This document shows positions 1 through 7,126 of a stretch of DNA of 10,898 nt, piece by piece. The translations under genes were made by a program, and so were the position numbers. The stretch comes from Candidatus Hadarchaeota archaeon (GTDB lineage Archaea > CAYQAE01 > CAYVLA01): assembly GCA_964452145.1 (NCBI GenBank), contig CAYVLA010000112.1:1-10898 (forward strand), given 5' to 3'. Numbering within the stretch: the first letter of the stretch is position 1; each line of letters opens with the position of its first letter. The notes beneath the pieces were generated by a model. It made no database searches. It had not been told where the DNA came from and was given only the letters and a program-made list of their open reading frames with translations.

Positions 1-168
1 CCGGAGAGACGTCTCGCCGGACCCAAGTGAGACCCCGAAACATCTCCTGAGACGGATCGCCGGTCTTTGCTCCGTTAGGTGATCGTGGGCGTGGATCGTG
101 GATCGTGGCAAAGAGCTAAAAGGCGGCCCTTGTGCGTTGAGCGACTCAAGGAGGAAGCAGGTGGTGGG

Positions 169-1467
169 ATGGCAAGAGCTGCGCGGACTCCTGGCAATAT
201 CGAGAGCAGACGAGCGGTGAAGGAGGTTCTCTCGGGGCAGAGGAAGGTTGCGAATGCGGCGTGGTGGGGATTCGATCAAGAGGACTCAACCAGCGCCATC
301 CAGGACGCCATCGACTCTGGGGCAGAAAGGGTCATCGTTCCAAACATGACCCGAGACTGGGTGGTCAGGCCGATCAAGCTGGTCGGCGACCAGGAGCTTG
401 TCCTCGAGGAGGGCACGGTCATCACCGCAAAGAGGGGCGAGTACCGCGGAGGCGGGGATTGCGTCCTGAGAGCGACGGATGTGTCCAACTTAACCATTCG
501 TGGTTACGGTGCGGCGATCCGGATGCAGAAGGAGGACTACATCGTCGGCAAGGTTCTCGTGGATTTTCAGTGGGATCGCTGGTTCGGCCAGTACCAGAAG
601 GCGGAATGGCGCATGCCGCTTTCCCTCGTTGGCTGCAGCAACGTGAAAGTCTTGGGCCTGACCCTGCGGGATAGCGGAGGAGATGGCATCTACATCGGCG
701 GGGGAGCCAAGCAGAACTACTGCAAGGACATCTACATAAGGGACGTGGTCTGCGACAATAATTACCGCCAAGGCATGAGCGTAATCAGCGTCGACGGGCT
801 GCTGGTCGAGAATAGCGTCTTTTCCAACACATGGGGCACCCCGCCCTCGGCCGGCGTGGACATCGAGCCTGATTCGCAGAAGGAAAGGATAAGAAACGTC
901 GTCTTCCGCCACTGCTCATTCCCGGACAACTACGGCGAGGGCATAGAGGTGTTTCTGACCAATCTGAGGGCGGAGTCCGGTGAGGTCAGCATACTCTTCG
1001 AGAACTGCCGGATTACCAGCAAGAGAGGCACGGGCATTCGCGTGACCAAGGTCAGGGACGATGGCCCCGACGGCCTCGTCGAGTTCCGCAACTGCGTGAT
1101 CGAGAACACGGAAGGTCACGGCATAAAGATACAGGACAAGTCGGCCGATCGGGCGAGGGTCAGGTTTGTCAACTGCACTGTCCGCAATGCGGCTCGTAAC
1201 CGCGGCTATCAGGGGGCGTGGGCGCCGATCTGGCTCCACCTTTTCAAGCCAGACATAACCACAAGACTCGGCGGGATCGACTTCGTCCGATGCGTTGTGG
1301 AGGACGACAAGGACAGGCCGGCAATCACCACGGAGGAGACCGAACCGGGTTACGGCATCTTCGACGTCACCGGATCCATCTCTGTGAGGAATCCCTGCGG
1401 GGTCAGGGTCGATCTGGGCGAGAAGCAGCAGGGTGTGAGCCTGGTCGTGAGGCAGTATGAGCAGTGA
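169..1467 (+). CDS. Right-handed parallel beta-helix repeat protein (pectin lyase-like fold; putative polysaccharide-active enzyme)
   Basis: N-terminal cap 'DSTSAIQDAIDSGAERVIVP' is typical of pectate_lyase_3-like starts. Repeated beta-helix rungs follow (GCSNVKVLGLTLRDSGGDGIYIG, DVVCDNNYRQGMSVISVDGLLVENSVFSNT, AGVDIEP, GIRV, GIKI). ATG at 169 follows a G-rich RBS-like stretch (GGTGGTGGG); the ORF-track GTG at 79 is an alternative start. No signal peptide is evident. Confidence 0.85.
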   Translation: MARAARTPGNIESRRAVKEVLSGQRKVANAAWWGFDQEDSTSAIQDAIDSGAERVIVPNMTRDWVVRPIKLVGDQELVLEEGTVITAKRGEYRGGGDCVLRATDVSNLTIRGYGAAIRMQKEDYIVGKVLVDFQWDRWFGQYQKAEWRMPLSLVGCSNVKVLGLTLRDSGGDGIYIGGGAKQNYCKDIYIRDVVCDNNYRQGMSVISVDGLLVENSVFSNTWGTPPSAGVDIEPDSQKERIRNVVFRHCSFPDNYGEGIEVFLTNLRAESGEVSILFENCRITSKRGTGIRVTKVRDDGPDGLVEFRNCVIENTEGHGIKIQDKSADRARVRFVNCTVRNAARNRGYQGAWAPIWLHLFKPDITTRLGGIDFVRCVVEDDKDRPAITTEETEPGYGIFDVTGSISVRNPCGVRVDLGEKQQGVSLVVRQYEQ

Positions 1468-2086
1468 CCGAAGTCAGAAGGAAGGCGGGCCCACTGAGGG
1501 CGCAAGGCGCGGGATGCCGAAAGTCCTACTTGCTGGGGACTCGATCAGCTTTGGGTACGGACCGAAGGTCGCTGAGATCCTTCAAGGCAGATTCGAAGTT
1601 CATAATCTTCCTGCGAATGGCGGGACCAGCGCAAACCTCCTCGCCCACCTAGAGGACTGGGTGGTCAAGCCATGCTTTGACATCATCCATCTGAACTGCG
1701 GGCTTCATGACCTCGCCATCGAAAGGGAAGCCGGACGTCACAGGGTGCCTCTCGACCTGTACCGACAGAACGTTGAGACCATCGTTCGAAGAGTCGGGAA
1801 GGAAACCCGATCCCTGCTGGCATGGGCGACGACCACCCCGGTCATCTACAGAAGGCACAGGAGCCACAAGAGCTTCGACAGACGGGAAGGGGACGTCGTG
1901 CTCTACAACAGGGTCGCTTGCCGCATCATGGCCAGGCACGGTATTCTCGTGGACGATCTTCACAGGGTCGTGGAGCGGGCCGGACGTGATGCATGCGTCG
2001 GGGAGGACGGAGTCCACATGACCGATCTGGGCAATGATCTCCTGTCAAAGACGGTGGCAGGTTTCCTCCTACGTCTGAACGCCTGA
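1457..2086 (+). CDS. SGNH/GDSL family hydrolase (esterase/lipase-like)
   Basis: Block I 'LLAGDSIS', block II 'ANGGTS', block III 'LNCGLHD' and block V 'DGVH' are all present. ATG 1457 overlaps the upstream gene by 11 nt; ATG 1514 (MPKVLLAGDS) is an alternative start. Confidence 0.9.
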   Translation: MSSDRSQKEGGPTEGARRGMPKVLLAGDSISFGYGPKVAEILQGRFEVHNLPANGGTSANLLAHLEDWVVKPCFDIIHLNCGLHDLAIEREAGRHRVPLDLYRQNVETIVRRVGKETRSLLAWATTTPVIYRRHRSHKSFDRREGDVVLYNRVACRIMARHGILVDDLHRVVERAGRDACVGEDGVHMTDLGNDLLSKTVAGFLLRLNA

Positions 2087-2163
2087 TCCATCGGAGGCCA
2101 TCCTCGGAACAGGTGAAGGTGGTCCCCCAAGCCCAGGGATCATTCGACGAACCCCAGGCCGCC

Positions 2164-3444
2164 TCAGCTCTCCAATACGACGATTCGCACGACATCCTTG
2201 ACCCATCTCGAACCGGCGGAGAGGTATTCGTGACAACCCTGGTCGGGGCACGAGGTGAGGAGGCAGTCCTGGTTACTGTATCCACCATCCTGCGGAAGGA
2301 AGGCGATCTTGGGGCCTTCCTCCCAGTGGGGAACTCCAACTTGATCGAGGGCAAACGCCAGAATCATCTCGCCCTGGATCGCACGCCAGGTTGCGTTGGG
2401 ATACGCATTGCCGTAGCAGAAATCCTGGTAGTAGCCGTCGGAGCTTTCCACCCTCAGCAAATCGCCCTCCTCCATTCCCCCGACCAGCTCCAAGAGGTCG
2501 CCGATTCGGACACCTGTATATCCCCCCTGCCCCCTCCAGTTGCCCAGGGCGTTCTGGTAAGATCCCTGGTCCACGACCAGATCCATCTCGGCGAGGTCGG
2601 AGGAATCGAGAGTGATGTCTCCCAGGTGGCCGGATATCTGAACCGTCTGCCCTTCTAGCCCCCGTTCCACCCTGACGACCTCACACTTCAGCCTGCCACC
2701 CCTGGCCTGGAAGAGGAGGAAGTGATGGAAACCCCCCTCTCCGGGCGGGGCGTATAGGCCAGCACCGGCGCCGCCGGAGATGTAGTAATCGACCACGCCG
2801 AGCCGAGTGTGGTTGAATACGTGGATGTGTCCGGCGAGGACGGCGGTGACATGGAACTCCTCCATGATATCCATGAAGAGCTGGGCCGAGTCATCAAGCA
2901 GGCCGTGATCGCTCCCCGGAATGGGATCGATAGGAGGAACGTGGGTGAACACGATCGTCTCCATGCCGCGCGACTGCTCCAGAATACCTCTCAACCATTC
3001 CAGCTGTCCATCCTCGATACGCTGGGTCGACGTGTTCAACGAGATGAATCGATACCTGCCCCGGTCGAAGTAGTAGTCCCCCTCCCCGAAGTAGGAGGAG
3101 TATAGACTCGAGTTCCCCCTTACGTCGTGGTTGCCCGGGGTGATGTAAAGGGGCATGCGCAGGTTGCCCACATCCTCCTTGAAGGCCTCGTACAGGGATG
3201 CCCGCGCCATCGCAACGCAATCCCCCAGATGAATGACGAAGTCGGGGTTGCGGGAGTTGATCTGCTCAACGATGAGCCCGAGCATCTTGGAGTTCCCCTG
3301 GCTGTCGCCCATCACGGCGAAAGAAAGTCCGGGCCCTTTTCCGACGGTGAAGTGCCATATGCCGTAGGAGATCGTGAACAAGGCGAACAAGGCGAACAAG
3401 GCGAACAGGGCTTCCCACGCGCGGCGCCGATGCCGGTACTCCAT
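2164..3444 (-). CDS. Membrane-anchored calcineurin-like metallophosphoesterase fused to a C-terminal sulfite-oxidase/Oxidored_molyb-like domain
   Basis: Metallophosphoesterase motifs occur in order: GDSQ, GDCV, GNHD, THVP, GHIH. A basic N-terminus precedes a hydrophobic helix (MEYRHRRRAWEALFALFALFALFTISYGIW). The C-terminal ~160 aa carry YTGVRIGDLL...SSDGY...MILA...GP...WVKDVVRIVV. Start set at ATG 3444 because the ORF-track extension to 3603 looks non-coding and a TATA-like TTTTATT lies 30-36 nt upstream. Confidence 0.85.
   Translation of the reverse strand: MEYRHRRRAWEALFALFALFALFTISYGIWHFTVGKGPGLSFAVMGDSQGNSKMLGLIVEQINSRNPDFVIHLGDCVAMARASLYEAFKEDVGNLRMPLYITPGNHDVRGNSSLYSSYFGEGDYYFDRGRYRFISLNTSTQRIEDGQLEWLRGILEQSRGMETIVFTHVPPIDPIPGSDHGLLDDSAQLFMDIMEEFHVTAVLAGHIHVFNHTRLGVVDYYISGGAGAGLYAPPGEGGFHHFLLFQARGGRLKCEVVRVERGLEGQTVQISGHLGDITLDSSDLAEMDLVVDQGSYQNALGNWRGQGGYTGVRIGDLLELVGGMEEGDLLRVESSDGYYQDFCYGNAYPNATWRAIQGEMILAFALDQVGVPHWEEGPKIAFLPQDGGYSNQDCLLTSCPDQGCHEYLSAGSRWVKDVVRIVVLES
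3376..3411. repeat. In-frame 9-bp tandem repeat (GAACAAGGC x3 + GAACAGGGC) encoding (ALF)x4 in the N-terminal TM helix
   Basis: Three perfect copies at 3376-3402 and one copy with a single mismatch at 3403-3411, read directly from the sequence. Confidence 0.95.
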
Positions 3445-3473
3445 GCTGGTCAGCCACAAGGAGCACCAGGCAC

Positions 3474-3480
3474 AATAAAA
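3474..3480 (-). promoter_or_regulatory. Putative archaeal TATA box for the metallophosphoesterase gene
   Basis: TTTTATT on the minus strand, 30-36 nt upstream of ATG 3444, in otherwise GC-rich DNA. Confidence 0.5.
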
Positions 3481-3701
3481 CTGACATCCCCCCCGGTGAG
3501 GCCTTCGACGGACCCCTCCCCTTGAGATTTGATGCCTGGATGTGAAGGACGTAACCGAGATGCTCTTCCGGCCCCTTCGGGGAGAACCTCGAGTCATGCG
3601 CAATGCGCAATGTGCTCAGTGACGGGGCTGTGCTCTCAGGGTGTTGGATCGCCATTGCCATGGGCAACAAAGAAATAGGTCGTTGAGGTGAAGACACCGG
3701 G

Positions 3702-5537
3702 ATGAGGCGCTCGGCCTCGCATGCCCTACGACTTGGACAAGGCGGACGGACGGGAGAACAGATGCAGAGGAGTCACCTCATCAATGTTTGGGACAACCTC
3801 AGCGATACTTGGGTTGCCTCAGATGATTTGGGGCGCAGGACACCGACTTCCGAACAGGTCGGCCCGCCCAGATCGGACCGGTGGGTGGGGATCTTCTACT
3901 TCCTCTGGCATGGAGCACACATCGAAGGTGGCCCCTACGACATCACAAGGATCCTGCGCCAGGATCCGGAGGCGATGCAGAAAGCCGACAGCCCCCTATG
4001 GGGTCCGCTCTACGCCCCCCACCACTGGGGCGAACCCCTCTTCGGCTACTACATAGGAGATGACGAATGGGTCCTGCGCAAGCACGCCCAGATGCTGGCA
4101 GACGCGGGCGTGGACACCCTGATCTTCGATACAAGCAACAAAGCCATCTACAAACACAACTACACGGCGCTCCTCGATGCCCTGACCGCTGTCAGACGGG
4201 AAGGAAACAAGGCTCCTTATGTCTGCTTCCTGGCCCCCTTCTGGGATCCGGCGAGCACGGTGCAGGAACTCTACGACGAGTTCTACTCCAAAGGCCTCTA
4301 CCAAGACCTGTGGTTCCGCTGGGAGGGCAGGCCTCTGATACTGGCCAACCCGGCCCAGATCAATCCCCAGCTCCGGGGATTCTTCACCTTCCGCCGACCG
4401 CAGCCCGACTATTTCGCCGGACCTACCGAGCCCAATATGTGGGGATGGCTGGAGATACATCCCCAGCATGTCTTCATCAATGATCGTGGCGAGCGAGAGG
4501 AGATGGCTGTCGGCGTCGCCCAGAACGCAGTAAAGGATTCGAAGGGACTCAGACTCGGCACCTTCAGCGAGCCCGGCGCGCTGGGACGCAGCTTCCATCG
4601 AGGCCAACACTCAACCGAACCGAACGCCGTGCTGTACGGCCACAACTTCGCCGAACAGTGGGAACGGGCTCTGGAGGAGGACCCGAAGTTCATCTTCGTC
4701 ACCGGCTGGAACGAATGGTTCGCGGGACGCTTCAACAAGTTCCTGGGAGTCAAGATGCCGACGATGTTCGTGGACACATTCGATCAGGAAAACAGCCGTG
4801 ACATCGAACCGATGAAGGCCGGCCATGGCGACAACTACTACTACCAGATGGTCAGCTACATCCGCCGGTTCAAGGGCGTCCGCCCGATCCCCCTGGCCAC
4901 TCCCCCCAAGACCATCGATCTGCAAGCGGACTTCTGCCAATGGGAGGATGTGGGTCCGGAGTATCGGGACGACATCGGCGACACCTTTCACCGAGACCAC
5001 CCCGGCTACAACACCGTCACCCGGCATGTCAACACGACGGGCCGCAACGACTTCGTCGCGCTCAAAGTGGCCCGCGACGCCGGATTCATCTACTTCTACG
5101 CGCAAACCAAGGATCCGATCACCCCCTGCACCGACCCGAACTGGATGGTGCTGTTTCTGGACGTCGACTGCGATCACAATACCGGCTGGCATGGCTATGA
5201 CTTTGCGGTGAACCGGAGAGTGAAGGATGGCACCACGAGCTACCTGGAGCGCACGAAGAATGGGTGGAATTGGCAGATCGCCTCGGAGGTGAAGTTCAGG
5301 GCCCATCAAAACAAGCTAATGCTGGCCATTCCCCGCCAAGCACTCACATTGCCCGAGGGCGAGGCTCCTCTGAGGTTCGAGTTCAAGTGGGCCGATAACT
5401 TCCAGAACGAAGACAGCATCGATGCATTCACCCTGAACGGCGACGCCGCGCCAAACGGACGTTTCAACTACTGTTACCAGGTCGCCCGGGCGACAGGGTG
5501 CAATGAGAAGTTGACCAGCCAGGCAATTGTGGGATGA
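3702..5537 (+). CDS. GH71/GH99-like glycoside hydrolase (TIM barrel) with C-terminal DOMON/CBM9-like beta-sandwich
   Basis: Barrel motifs: VGIFYFLWH, WGEPLFGYY, WVLRKHAQMLADAGVDTLIFD, WFRWEGRPLI, FIFVTGWNEW, DIEP. C-terminal domain: IDLQADFCQWEDV...LKVARDAGFIYFY...LFLDVDCDHNTGW. GAGGTGA (3685-3691) supports ATG 3702; GGGAG (3752-3756) supports the alternative ATG 3762. Confidence 0.75.
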   Translation: MRRSASHALRLGQGGRTGEQMQRSHLINVWDNLSDTWVASDDLGRRTPTSEQVGPPRSDRWVGIFYFLWHGAHIEGGPYDITRILRQDPEAMQKADSPLWGPLYAPHHWGEPLFGYYIGDDEWVLRKHAQMLADAGVDTLIFDTSNKAIYKHNYTALLDALTAVRREGNKAPYVCFLAPFWDPASTVQELYDEFYSKGLYQDLWFRWEGRPLILANPAQINPQLRGFFTFRRPQPDYFAGPTEPNMWGWLEIHPQHVFINDRGEREEMAVGVAQNAVKDSKGLRLGTFSEPGALGRSFHRGQHSTEPNAVLYGHNFAEQWERALEEDPKFIFVTGWNEWFAGRFNKFLGVKMPTMFVDTFDQENSRDIEPMKAGHGDNYYYQMVSYIRRFKGVRPIPLATPPKTIDLQADFCQWEDVGPEYRDDIGDTFHRDHPGYNTVTRHVNTTGRNDFVALKVARDAGFIYFYAQTKDPITPCTDPNWMVLFLDVDCDHNTGWHGYDFAVNRRVKDGTTSYLERTKNGWNWQIASEVKFRAHQNKLMLAIPRQALTLPEGEAPLRFEFKWADNFQNEDSIDAFTLNGDAAPNGRFNYCYQVARATGCNEKLTSQAIVG

Positions 5538-5583
5538 GGCGTCGATCCTGGCATAAGAGCCATACATACGAGCTTGCTCAACG

Positions 5584-5634
5584 TTTTTATGGGACCGCCC
5601 CAATCGCCCAGCCGTAGGGAAAGGAACCGGGTGA
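5584..5634 (+). promoter_or_regulatory. Putative archaeal TATA box (TTTTTAT, 5584-5590) and RBS (GGTGA, 5630-5634) for the 5639 gene
   Basis: AT-rich box about 50 nt upstream of ATG 5639, with GGTGA 4 nt before the ATG. Confidence 0.55.
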
Positions 5635-5638
5635 TGGG

Positions 5639-6868
5639 ATGTATCCTCGGCCATCAAACAGGACTGTTGTAGCGATGCTTGCAGCCATTTCCCTGGCCGC
5701 CCCTCTTCTCTCCCCCTCGATCGCCATGGAAAAGAGGATCGACCCCCAGACGCAGAGAATCAGACTCATATGGGGGCGGGCTCCGACCTCGTCATACGTC
5801 TTTGCCTTGGAGGACCCGCGATGCGAGATCCGCGTATCCCTGCCCTATCTCACCTATGAGAAGACCATGGCCGACCTGAGCTATGCTAGGCGCCTTTCCA
5901 GAATCTACATGCCGAGGACGTACCAGATGCTGCTCGAAACGATCGATCTCGTCGTTCTTGAGGACATAGACACGCGCATCTTCACACCCGACAACGTGGC
6001 ATGGTTCAGGGACGGGGTACGAGACCACGGCCTTGGACTGCTGATGGGTGGAGGCTCCCAGGGCTTCGGGGGCAACGCGCCCTTCACCAGCTGGGGCGAT
6101 ACCCTTCTCGATGAGATAATCCCGGTGCAGTGCTACTACGATCAGAGGCTACCGAAGGACTACCTAGTCAGGTTCAGGATCGTGGATGAGGAGAACGCGC
6201 TTGCGCGAAGCATCCCCTGGAGGCAGGCACCACCCTTCTACCCGCCCAACTTCATAACTCCGAGGCCAGGCTGCGGTCTGATCATCGTCTCCGACGACGA
6301 GAAGGAGACCCCGATCTACTTTTACTGGGATGTCGGGCGGGGCAGGTTCGTGGGCATGCAGAACCTTCAGGGGGCCTTCTCCATGGATTTCAACCTCTGG
6401 ACTTACTATCGCGACGCGACGATAAACACCCTGTACTTCGCAGCTGGTTACCCCCTGCCCGAAGATCTGCTGACCATCCACCAGCTGAGGGAGTCCTGGG
6501 GCGAGCTGCGCATGCAGCGCGACTTCCTGTTGAGCCTCATCGAATTCGCTGACAAATTCGGTGCCCAAGTTAGCCAGGTCACGGCCCGCATAGGCGAGGC
6601 CGAAGCGGTCAAGCGGGCATCGGATGAGCTCTACATGGATGGCGAGTACGCAGGAGCGCTGGACAAGATGGGCCAGGCCATAGGTGAGTACCTCAGACTG
6701 CAGGAACTGGCCATCAAGATCAAGGATAAGGCCCTTGTGTGGATCTACACGGTCGAATGGCTCAGCCTCACCGGGACCTTCATGGTTGCCGGCTTCATCC
6801 TCTGGAGCCTGATGGTCAGGAGAGTCCTCTATCGGGAGGCTGGGGTGAGCATGCTCCACCGCCGGTGA
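5639..6868 (+). CDS. Membrane-anchored class I glutamine amidotransferase-like (DUF1355-like) domain protein, paralog A
   Basis: N-terminal signal-like segment (VVAMLAAISLAAPLLSPSIA). GATase1-like core 'IDLVVLED...GVRDHGLGLLMGGGSQGFGG...WGDTLLDEIIPV'. Amphipathic helical region, then a C-terminal TM (WLSLTGTFMVAGFILWSLMV) and tail RRVLYREAG. Confidence 0.8.
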   Translation: MYPRPSNRTVVAMLAAISLAAPLLSPSIAMEKRIDPQTQRIRLIWGRAPTSSYVFALEDPRCEIRVSLPYLTYEKTMADLSYARRLSRIYMPRTYQMLLETIDLVVLEDIDTRIFTPDNVAWFRDGVRDHGLGLLMGGGSQGFGGNAPFTSWGDTLLDEIIPVQCYYDQRLPKDYLVRFRIVDEENALARSIPWRQAPPFYPPNFITPRPGCGLIIVSDDEKETPIYFYWDVGRGRFVGMQNLQGAFSMDFNLWTYYRDATINTLYFAAGYPLPEDLLTIHQLRESWGELRMQRDFLLSLIEFADKFGAQVSQVTARIGEAEAVKRASDELYMDGEYAGALDKMGQAIGEYLRLQELAIKIKDKALVWIYTVEWLSLTGTFMVAGFILWSLMVRRVLYREAGVSMLHRR

Positions 6869-7083
6869 TTCTCCCACTCTAAGTGATTCCCGAGCTGTAG
6901 TGTTCCGGGCTGCCATTCGACAGCGCATCCCCCGCTCGTACCGGTTGAGAGGCCATGACCATCGCCCGGTGACCTACCCCGAGCTGAAGCTGAGACAAGA
7001 TCTGGGGATGGCGAGATACGACCCCAGCACCGGGCACAGACAGGCCCCGAACTCTCGGCCAGTGCGGCCTCGCTCCGAAAGTT

Positions 7084-7103
7084 GAAAACGTAACCTTATA
7101 AAT
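7084..7103 (+). promoter_or_regulatory. Putative archaeal BRE/TATA promoter for a probably leaderless transcript
   Basis: GAAAACGTAACC followed by TTATAAAT (7096-7103). The TATA box lies at about -31 to -24 relative to ATG 7127, and there is no RBS before the ATG. Confidence 0.7.
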
Positions 7104-7126
7104 GAGGTCTGCGCCCATATCGGACT

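Noticed and set aside
3445..3603. N-terminal extension of the metallophosphoesterase ORF
   Set aside because: Arg/Ser-rich sequence that does not look like protein and spans the putative TATA box; ATG 3444 gives a normal membrane anchor.
6977..7035. TPP riboswitch-like fragments (GAGC..GCTGAGA and GATCTGG..CCAGC)
   Set aside because: The P2 3' strand and the CCU/AGG P4 stem are missing, the spacing is wrong, no thiamine gene is adjacent, and the element lies upstream of the next gene's TATA box.
6900..7085. 61-aa ORF between the paralogs
   Set aside because: No RBS and no recognisable motif; it overlaps the predicted stem-loop and abuts the promoter.
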